This document shows positions 22,725 through 31,791 of a stretch of 31,791 bases of DNA, piece after piece (positions within the stretch are counted from its first letter, which is position 1; every line of letters starts with the position of its first letter). Where the stretch lies: contig NC_057718.1 of assembly GCF_004010195.1 (NCBI RefSeq), positions 74,560,330 to 74,592,120 on the forward strand. The letters run 5' to 3'. The notes under the pieces were generated by a model. That model was not told the DNA's origin. It saw only the letters and a list, made by a program, of their open reading frames with translations, and searched no databases. This stretch comes from Chiloscyllium plagiosum. Its lineage: Eukaryota. Both the position numbers and the translations under genes were made by a program.

Positions 22725-23325
22725 CTTGTTTGTTACCGAAATGCAATACCTCGCATTTATCCAAATTAAATTCCATCTACCATTCCTCAGCCCATTCACC
22801 CAATTGATCAATATCTCTTTGTAATCTTGGATAACCTTCTTCACTGTCCACTATAGGATCAATTTTGGTCTTATCTGCAAAGTTACTAATGGTGCCTCCT
22901 ATATTCTCATCCAAATCATTTATATAAATGCTAAATAACAGAGGACTCAGCACCAATTAATGCGGAACACTGCTGGTCACAGGCCTCCAGTCCAAAAAAC
23001 AACTCTCCACCACCACTCTCTGTCTCCTACTGTAAAGCCAATTTTGTATCCAATTGGCAAATTTACCCTGAATCCTATTTGATCTAACTTTACAAATTAT
23101 TCTACCATGCAGAACCTTATCAAAGGCTTTACTAAAGTCCAAATAAACAACACTAACGTTCTGCCCTCATCAATATTTTTGATTACATCCTCAAAAAGTT
23201 TGTCATAAATGATTTCCCTCACACAAAACCATGCTGACTATCCCTAATCACTCTTTGCCTCTCCAAATGCATGTAAATCCTATCTTTCAGAATCATCTCC
23301 AATAACATACCCACCACCGATATGT
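22725..23325 (-). mobile_element. Internal CR1 RT fragment
   Basis: MDFSKAFDKVLHGR...DWRPVTSSVP; RDSQHGFV. Confidence 0.88.
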
Positions 23326-23389
23326 CGAGGCTGCGACAACCGCCACATTCTGTATCGTTTGCGAGTTTGCAACTTTCATGTAATCCATG

Positions 23390-24525
23390 TGCTTGTAAAC
23401 TGTGATATCTAATAGTTTTCCCAATACCATGTTTCCTAGTGATTTTGATTGTTTTAAGTTTCTCTGTCCCTTTTACCACATTTTCTGTGTCTTCTACAGT
23501 GAGGAATGATGCAAAATTCTTGTTCATGGTTTTGCCATTTTCTTGTTTCCCATCATTAATTTTTCATTCTCCCCATCTAAGGGACAAACAAACCATCACT
23601 TTAGTTATTCCTCTTTCTTTTTAAATACTTGCAGAAATTCTTACTTTGTTATGTTTCTAACTAGCTTTCTCTCATACTTTAATTTCAATTTTTTTTGGTA
23701 ATTACTAATTTCTAAAATCTGCTCAAGCTTCAGTCTGACCATTAATCTTCACAGTACTGTCTTTTTTTTAATCAATTTGATGCTTTCTTTAATTCCTTAA
23801 GATAGCCACAGACTTTGTGTAATATTCTTGTATACCATCGAGAAGAAAAACATGAATATCTTAGCTAAGTTATTAAATAAGTCTACCACTATTTCTCTAA
23901 TGCACTACATTTTATTCTATTTTCCCAATTCAAGATAGCCAATGCTGAAATCATAACCTTATAATTACATTTATTTTGGTTTATAAACATTTGTCCCATC
24001 CTCAATCTACATAAGAATGTAGTTATGATTATTGATATTCCTTTCCTATATATTTATGAATTAATCCTGTCTTATTGCACATTACCAGGTATAAAATAGC
24101 CTGTTTTCTGGCAATTGAATGTACTGCTCTAAAAAACTGTCCCTGCACCACGATACTATCACTAAATTGTCCATCCACTTTGCAGCCCCTGCTTTTGTAT
24201 TTACCAGTTACAAGAATCTTGAATCTATTGAACATTTGCAAAGACTGAAACTTTTTCATTTGTATATTCTTGATCCCCATACCTGCCTCACTTATAGATG
24301 CACACTCCAGTCACTGACCTGGATAAAATCGTTAGCTTGAGGGGTGTGCCAGACTTCTGGAACAAAGCGTAACATTACTCCTTGATGAATCACCTCAGTG
24401 TCTGAAGCCCGGCCTCCAGCTCATTAACTCTGAGCCAGTGCTCCTCAAACCAAAACACTTACTTCAGGCATGGCCAATGTGGATCACACCACCTTACATC
24501 AGTCCCATGTACTATAGGCATACTA
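23390..24525 (-). mobile_element. Old CR1 remnants (ORF2 linker/endonuclease, then ORF1 N-terminus)
   Basis: NKNFASFLTVEDT; QAILYLVMCNKTGLI; 24280-24525 resembles the CR1 ORF1 Cys/coiled-coil region. Confidence 0.55.
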
Positions 24526-25075
24526 AATTATCTACCCTTCCATTATTATTACATTTTAATTTATTTATTAACTATTTTCTTAATTAAATTTTAGTTAATA
24601 CCTCCAGTCTGGCTTGTGTTCATCTTCCGAATGTTAATATTCCACTTAAATTGACATTCCCGAGTTTAGATATGAAAGATAACCAAAAACGCTCATAAGT
24701 CCATAATTTACCTTTTTGCCTGTTATTTCAATTTTCTTTTGAATGAACCCACAGATCCATACCCTAGCTTTTCATACTCTCTAGACTACCCACTGGGATG
24801 CAACTTGTCTACCCAACGCTGAAAATAAAGGTAGAAGAAGGAACCTTTTCTTGTCTCTGCACCAAATTCCCATGAGAATTCCAGATGCAATTACCTTTCC
24901 ACGCATCCTCTTAACCTCGGCATCAGATTTTCAAGCTTGTCTGGCCTATTTATCCAGGCCTCAAGACTAGTGGTTCAGTAACATAAACACAGCACTAAGG
25001 TGCCCTGAGAGTGAGGGCTGGTTTATCATTAGAAATGACAGCCTGACATCATAGCCAATTATATTATATAGTAGT

Positions 25076-25163
25076 GAAGAAGGGCTCATGCCCAAAACGT
25101 CAATTCTCCTGCTCCTTGGATGCTGCCTGACCTGCTGCTCTTTTTCAGCAACACATTTTCAGC
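25076..25163 (+). mobile_element. 88-bp PLE pseudo-LTR mini-insertion with 14-bp TSD
   Basis: TATTATATAGTAGT at 25062-25075 and 25164-25177; insert homologous to 9251-9339. Confidence 0.88.
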
Positions 25164-25194
25164 TATTATATAGTAGTACCTATTATATGCATAG

Positions 25195-26150
25195 AAAGAG
25201 GGAAGGGGCAGAATTCTGGGAATTTGGAAGACTAATAAGTAGGGCTCCTAAAATAGTAATCTCTGGATTGCTCCAATGTCACCTACTAATGAGTATAAGA
25301 AATGGAGGATAAAACTGATGAATGTGTGAAGATATGTTTCAGAAGGGAAGGCATTAGAGTCCTTGGGCACTGGGACCAGTTCTGGCAGAGGTGGAATGTA
25401 AAGAGATCGGATATGTTGCACTTCAAAAGAGCTGGGATCAAGGTGTGAGGTGGATTGTTCCTGCTGTTTGGAGGATTTAAACTAACTTGGCAAGAAGATA
25501 GAAATCACTACGTATTGTTAGAAACTTCACAAACAGTCCAGGAAGATAGATAGCCTGAGAAAAGGAAATAGTAAATTATTAATGACAATAAAATTAAGGG
25601 GAAGCCCCATAAGATCCACACCAACTTTACAGTTAATTTATGTTATTGCATGAAGTGAAGTAGGTAAGGGCGGTGAGTGGAAACCTGGCTCAGAAAAGGG
25701 ATTAGAATTGTGTAATAATTATAGCTGGGGTACAAAGTGTTCAGGAAAAGATGGAGAAGGAAAGGAAGGAAGTATGAAAAATATTCAAATAGTAGAGAGA
25801 ATGGATATCCTGGACAGTTCAAGGGTAGAATTTGGTTAGAGTTAAGATACAGAGGTAAAAGGTTCCTGATGAAGGGCTTTTGCCCGAAATGCGATTTTTC
25901 TGCTCCTTGGATGCTGCCTGACCTGCTGTGTTTTTTCAGCACCACTCTAATTCAGACTTAAGATACAGAGGACCAAATTTGCAATGAGGTTATGGCCAGG
26001 TAATTATTCTGTCTTATCAGGAATAATAATAGTGAAAAGGACAGAAAGGGTGGAGAGTTGTTGGAGAGTGTTCAGGAATTATTTCTGTATTACTTTATTT
26101 CCGACTGAATAAGGAATGAAGTACTGTGAAATCTAGTCAGGGAGAAAGAA
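25195..26150 (+). mobile_element. Old CR1 ORF1 (SGNH esterase-like) and endonuclease remnants
   Basis: SRAPKIVISGLL; REGIRVLGHWDQFWQRWNVKRSDMLHF (DGLHL-like); downstream ETWL. Confidence 0.65.
25856..25957 (+). mobile_element. 102-bp PLE pseudo-LTR mini-insertion with 14-bp TSD
   Basis: TTAAGATACAGAGG at 25842-25855 and 25958-25971; CTGATGAAGGGCTTTTGCCCGAAA at 25866. Confidence 0.88.
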
Positions 26151-26171
26151 GGAGAAATGCATCAAGTGTCA

Positions 26172-26647
26172 GGAAAGATTTACAAGGATGTTGCCAGGGT
26201 TGGAGGATTTGAGCTATAGGGAGAGGTGGAATAGGCCGGGGCTGTTTTCCCTGGAGCATCGGAGGGGTGGGGTGACCTTATAGAGGTTTATAAAATCATG
26301 AGGGGCATGGATAGGAAAAATAGACAAAGTCCTTTCCCTGGGGTGGGGGAGTTCAGAATGAGACGGCATAGATTTAGGGTGAGAGGAGAATGATATAAAA
26401 GAGACATAAGGAGTAACGTTTCCACGCAGAGGGTGGTATGGAATGTATGGTGTATGTGTATGCCAGAGGAAGTGGTGGAGGATAGTACAACTGCAACATT
26501 TAAAAGGCATCTGGATGGGTATATGAATAGGAAGGGTTTGGAGGGATATGGGCCCGGTGCTGGCAGGTGGGACTAGAGTGGGTTGGGATATCTGGTCAGA
26601 GGGTCCAAAGGGTCTGTTTCCATGCTGTACATCTCTATGACTCTATA
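26172..26647 (+). mobile_element. 5'-truncated CR1 (HER1-like) 3' end
   Basis: AAAGATTTACAAGGATGTTGCCAGGG...CATGCTGTACATCTCTATGACTCTA. Confidence 0.92.
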
Positions 26648-26969
26648 AGTAAGATTTACATTACCTATGGTAAAGAGAAATGAGCAATCTAAAGCAAAAA
26701 TACATAATTGGGTGAGGGCTATTGTCAGTATGATATAGATCTGTCCCAAGTAAATTGGAATTAGGAATTAGCAAGCCAAACAGTTTCAAGAAGAAAGGTA
26801 GGATAATCAAAGCCAGAACTTATTGGATGAAAGCAGAGATAGAGGGTTGAATTTTCAGGAACCACAAAAAGACCAATAGAAGTGAGAAGTCCCTTAAAAC
26901 AAAAGCCTGTGGCTGACAGCAGGTCAGTTATAAGGCGATGATCTCAGTGCAGACAATAAACAAAAAGTC

Positions 26970-27312
26970 TTGAGGGGCACAGATAAGGTGAACAGCAAAG
27001 GTCTTTTCCCTACTGTGGGTGAGTTCAAAACTAGGGAGTATTTTTTAAAGTGAGAGGAAAAAGATTTAAAAGGGACGAGAGAGACAACGTTTTCACAAAA
27101 GATGTGGTTTATGAATGAACTGCCAAACAAAGTGGTAGGTACTGGTACAGTTACAACATTTATAAGATATTTTGGTAGGTACATGAATAGGAAAGGTTTA
27201 GAGGGGTATGGATCAAACACAGGCAAGTGGGACTGGTTTAGTTTGGGAAATTGGATTGGCATGGACGAGTTTGACCAAAGGGTGTGTATCCATGCTATAT
27301 CACTCTATGATA
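26970..27312 (+). mobile_element. CR1 3' fragment
   Basis: NELPNKVVGTGTVTTFIRYFGRYMNRKGLEGYG plus tail CACTCTATGA. Confidence 0.85.
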
Positions 27313-28571
27313 GTGCGGGGAATGGCGGGACTGGAATTATACTTTCTTCCATCAAGGTTAATTAAATCTGTTAAAAGCTCAATAAGAGTTGTTAAGGGTT
27401 GACCTTTAACTTTTTAAACAGGTTACTCAGATTTGAGACTGACTAGTTGAACACAGATGGGCAGAGTGGGAATCACAACTACCTGTGGTATCATTAGAGG
27501 GACACTGCACAGTGGGAGGGAGAGTGAACATTCATTACTCAGAATGAGGCTGGCCCCTGGCATCATGGCAATGAAAAAGCAGGAGCAAGACTTTCATGGA
27601 CAATGAGGTGACTAGCTGGAAGGCTCCAGCTGACGACAATGGAGATGTGACTTTCAGGTTCTGTTTCCAATGGTTTTGAGAGGCAAACTCTCTGCAGGTC
27701 GGGTAGAACTCTGGCATCAGGACAGTATGAAGGACAACAGAAGGCAAGGAAGCAATGGGGCACAAATCTTCATGTAGGATCCACTGTCATACACATAACT
27801 GTTCTGAAATGATTGAGTATATGCAGTTGCCATCAAAGTAACTCTGGCCTTGAATATATTTGCTTCTGTGTGTTTCCAATATAACTCTTGACATGAGCTG
27901 CAGCTCCCACCCCTGCACCTCACTGGTCACTGATACAATGTTTGTTAGGGCTGTACGGCAAATTCATTTAATAACAGTTGTGGTGTAGATTGTGGATTTA
28001 CAGATATAATTTTTAAGCTTATTTGGTGTGAGTTTGGCTCTGGTTTTTGAGTTAGTAACCATTGGGTTTATTTGTGAGTCTGAAGTTAATAGTTAACTTT
28101 TAAGTATTTATGTAACGATAGATAGTAACTTCATCCAAAAACAGATTTTGATGCTTGGCTGTAGAACGAATGAGAAACTAAACACAAATAAGTCTGATAG
28201 CATTGTAGAGAGAGAGAGTTGTATCGTTTTCAAGTATCTGCAGTACTTTGCTTTTAAAGTAAATGGATTAGTACACTAATGGATCTTTGTTTATCTTAAA
28301 TTATTTGTGATTCAGCATGGTTAACAATGAGGCCTCAGAGGTTTATTAGAGCTCTGAGGTTGTCATCTGGGTTAAAACAGCCTCAGCCATCTCGTGGAAA
28401 GCACAGCCATGCAGGAATATGGTCAATGTTCTTCTCTGCTATGCATGGACAAATGCCACCATCTTCTATCTGATACCTTACACTCACTTACTCTTTTCTA
28501 CTGTGCACTGCTCACCAAGACTTGTGCACTATTGGCTGCATCATCTTCCACTCATGCTGTTACTCATCCCA

Positions 28572-28635
28572 TCGGTGTGGACTTCTTGGACTGAAGGGCC
28601 TGCTTCCACACTGTAAGTAATCTAATCTAATCTAA
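28572..28635 (+). mobile_element. Isolated HE1/CR1 3' tail
   Basis: TCGGTGTGGAC...GAAGGGCCTGCTTCCACACTGTAAG(TAATC)3, matching 463-522. Confidence 0.85.
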
Positions 28636-29557
28636 ATCCAGACAGCATTAACTCTGCATGCCCTCTGCACTGTCCAATCACTTGTTCAAGACACCTCACC
28701 TCTATACTGTACCAAAAATAATCTGCCTCTCTGTCATTCCAGAAGGAAAACTGTTCCTAATCTGGAAGCAGTCAAGACAGATAATGTGCTCATTCAGCTC
28801 CTTCCCATTATGAGGACAAGATTCGAACTCTGATCATTCCAGGTAGGCCCTGGAATGGCACTGAACACTGCCCTTGTCTTCCTGTGCCAGGATCCTTGAG
28901 TGAAGGCTGTTCTTTTTGATTTTATTGAGGTCTACTGACAAGTGAGACAAGCATTCTAGCTTTCCATCTGTGCAATAATATGAGGCTGATATCTCTGGTT
29001 AAGGAGGAGAAGTTCAAAAGGTAAGGCAATGCAGAGCAGGGATGCTGTGAGCATCCAGGTAAGCTCAGAGTGAGGCCTATGACAGCAATTAAAAAGCCTG
29101 GGGATGTAGCCTGCTCTAGTCCATGAACTGCATGTGTATCCCTGAGCACAAAGTCTCCTCACTTTTGCATTATAATGATACCACCCACTGCAACCCATGA
29201 TGCAACACTAAAGTGTAGATGTATCCTATACTTGGTTTGGAGATGTGCTGGAACAAATGGTGAGTCAAGTCCACCAGAGACTTTATTCTGGTTTCTTTGT
29301 TGAGTTGTCTGGTTGTCCACCTTACTGGGAAGGTGTTGAATAAATATTAATGACGTAAATAGAGTCATTAACAAAGTGATTAAATCCAAATGACTGGCAT
29401 CTCGCCACTGCTTAGTGAGAATCTTGCCTTGCCATTTATGAAAGGCACAAAAAATCGAGCAAGATTGATGTCGACATGATCCTCTTTGGATTTCTAGTCC
29501 CATTTTGCCACATATCTTGTTATAGCCCATGTTGCTCAGACCCCGATAAGATTCTGT

Positions 29558-29817
29558 CTATAGATGCTTGCAGCATAGAAAGAGGCCATTTGGTCCATCG
29601 TGCCTGCACTAGTCAACAAAGATCTGACTGCATTAAACCCATTTTCCAGCTCTTGGCACATAGCCCTGCAGACTAACTCAACCACTTTTTCAGGCGGTGA
29701 TTTTCAGACTCCTACCACACCAAAACAAATTTTCCTCAACTCTCCTCTTAGCCTTCTTCCTCTTGCCTTAAATCTATGTTGCTTGGTTATTGAACCCTAT
29801 CCATCCTATCCATGCCT
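29558..29817 (-). mobile_element. CR1 3' fragment
   Basis: GGCCATTTGGTCCATCG...CCCATTTTCCAGC...TTCAGACTCC...CCTTAAATCTATG; similar to 22478-22690. Confidence 0.75.
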
Positions 29818-29990
29818 GGGGTTGATTAGTACATTTGGCTAGATGACTGACGTGCAATCTAGAATAATATCAATACCATGGGTTCAATCAACATGCCAGT
29901 AAGGTTACTAGGGAGTAATCTCCTTTACAACTACTCCCCTTGACTTATATGACCCTCAGGTTAAACCACTAACAGTCATGTCTCTCAGTG
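29818..29990 (+). mobile_element. Old tRNA-derived SINE (third family)
   Basis: B-box-like GGGTTCAATC at ~29880, then TGACCCTCAGGTTAAACCAC, which I recall as an elasmobranch SINE motif. Confidence 0.5.
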
Positions 29991-30009
29991 ATGATTCAAA
30001 ACTTCTCAC

Positions 30010-30385
30010 GATGGCTCCCGGCCTGCTGCAGTGACCTCTTGTAGCGGCCTCCTGGCCTGGTGCAGTGGCCTCCCAATGTGGAGTGGTGATCTTCCAGCCT
30101 AGTGCAGCGGCCTCCCAAAGTGGCGTGGCAGCCTCTTGACTTGGTGCAGCTGCGTCACAAAGTGGCGTGGTGACTGCCCGGTGATCCTGCAGTGATCTCC
30201 CAGAGTGGCATGTCAACCTCTGACGTGGCGCAGCGGCCTCCTGGCGTAGTGTAGTGACCTTTTGACCTGGCGGAGTGGTCTTTTGACATGGCGACCTCTA
30301 GGCCTGGCACAGCTGCTTCATGGTATGGCAATGATGACCTCCTCCTGTAGGGACCTCCTGACATGGCATGGCAATACCCTGGTCT
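30010..30385. repeat. Degenerate GC-rich 21-bp minisatellite with a 42-bp dimer pattern
   Basis: Units GTAGCGGCCTCCTGGCCTGGT / GCAGTGGCCTCCCAATGTGGA / GTGGTGATCTTCCAGCCTAGT / GCAGCGGCCTCCCAAAGTGGC / GTGGCAGCCTCTTGACTTGGT. Confidence 0.85.
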
Positions 30386-30394
30386 GACGCAGCA

Positions 30395-31468
30395 CGTTCT
30401 CTTCCCTTCCTGAACATCTCTGTTGCTATTTCTGGGGCTAGACTGGCCACTAATATGCACTATAAACCCACCGGACTACCCATCTGGACTACACATCGTC
30501 GCAGCCTGCTTCCTGTAAAGACTCTATTTCATTCTCCCAGTTCCTCCGTCTCCGTCACGTATGTTCGGATAAGGCCTACTTCAACAAGGGAAAGTTCAAA
30601 ATAGAACAAAGAACAAAAAGCACAGAAACAGGTACTTCGGCCCTCTAAGCTTGCGCCAACACATTTTGCCCTTCCATATTAAAACTGTCTTCATATACAG
30701 GATCCTTATCCCTCTATCCCCTTCCTATTCATTTATTCGTTCAGGTGCTCTTAAATACTGCAATTGTGATGTCCACCTTCTTCTTCAACTGAGGATTTCC
30801 CAGCACCATTGTTGACAGGGCCTTTAACCAGGTCTGACCCATCTCCCGCAGTTCCACACTCACCCTCTCTTCACTCCTGCAACAGTGATGGGGTTCCCCT
30901 TGTCCTTATCTACAATCCCATCAGCATCCACATCTAGAAGATCATCAATCACCATTTCCGCCACCTCCAGTGAGATGCCACGACCAGACACATATTCCCC
31001 TTCCCTCCCTTATCTATCTTCCGCAAGGACGGTTCCCTCTGGGACACCTTGGTCCATTCTTCCTTCACTCCCAATGTCCCCCCACAGCGCTTTCCTTTTC
31101 AACTACTTAAGGTATAACTCCTGCCCATTTACCTCATCCCACCCGAGTATCCAAGGCCCGAAACATATCTTCCAGGTGAAGCAGCAGTTCATACAATTTG
31201 ATCTACTGCATTCGCTGCTCAAAGTGTGGTCTCCTCTACATTATGAAAATGAAGCGTAGATTGGGTGATTGCTTTGCAGGACCTCTAGGTTTTGCCCACA
31301 AAAAAGACCCTGAACTTCCAGTTGCCTGCTACTTTTAAAACACCACCCTGTTCCCTGGCCAACATTCCTGTCTCAGGCTTGTATTGTTCCAGTGAAGCTC
31401 AGCGCAAGCTGGAAGAACACTACCTCATTTTCCGTTTGAGGAACCTTCAGCCCTCTGGACTCAATATC
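30395..31468 (+). mobile_element. Decayed Penelope-like element (RT thumb + GIY-YIG endonuclease)
   Basis: SLPFLNISVAISGARLATNMHYKPT; SCKDSISFSQFLRLR; NLIYCIRCSKCGLLYI; RKLEEHYLIFRLRNLQPSGLNI. Confidence 0.9.
30600..30768 (-). mobile_element. Short CR1 3' fragment nested in the PLE
   Basis: ATAGAACAAAGAACAA tail; ATCCCTCTATCCCCTTCCTATTCAT; the PLE is collinear across it. Confidence 0.8.
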
Positions 31469-31791
31469 AATGCAGCCCTCCACTCCCTCCGTTGCAACCC
31501 CAACCTCACTATCAAACCTGCAGACAAGGGAGGCGCGGTAGTAGTTTGGCGCACCGACCTTTACACCGCTGAGGCTAAACGCCAGCTCACGGACACCTCC
31601 TCTTACTGCCCACTTGACCATGACCCCACCTCCCACCACCAAACCATCATCTCCCAGACCATCCATAACCTCATTACCTCAGGGGATCTCCCATCCACCG
31701 CCTCCAACCTCATTGTCCCACAACCCCGCACCGCCCGTTTCTACCTCCTGCCCAAAATCCACAAACCTGACTGCCCCGGCCGACCCATTGT
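31469..31791 (+). CDS. Partial, intact-frame Penelope-like reverse transcriptase (N-terminal RT), running off the window
   Basis: NAALHSLRCNPNLTIKPADKGGAVVVW...ARFYLLPKIHKPDCPGRPI with no stops; DKG and LPKIHK-RPI are PLE RT motifs. Confidence 0.88.

Noticed and set aside
30010..30385. CRISPR array
   Set aside because: Contiguous degenerate tandem units with no unique spacers.
210..31666. Short ORFs in the supplied track as host genes
   Set aside because: The recognisable ones are SINE/LINE/PLE translations or antisense to them; the rest have no motif or splice support I can see.

Overview
Eukaryotic, repeat-dense, apparently intergenic or intronic DNA from a cartilaginous fish (shark/ray). 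This is inferred from HE1-like V-SINEs with (TAATC)n tails, HER1-like CR1 LINEs and Deu-domain SINEs. I found no host-gene exon I can support. Most of the window is nested, decayed transposable elements: CR1, an older L2/CR1-group LINE, Tx1, Rex/Babar, Penelope-like elements (PLEs), tRNA-SINEs, a Tigger-like MITE and a probable solo LTR. Two things stand out. (i) Several very short (about 90-210 bp) PLE-terminal-repeat insertions start at or near a minimal hammerhead-ribozyme core; three carry 14-15 bp target-site duplications (TSDs) and one is a perfect palindrome with 84-bp arms. (ii) A complex rearranged block at 9.4-10.7 kb has a fold-back inversion and an 80-bp templated insertion copied from 2 kb upstream. 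Family assignments rest on manual translation and recalled family motifs, not database searches. Boundaries of old elements are approximate.
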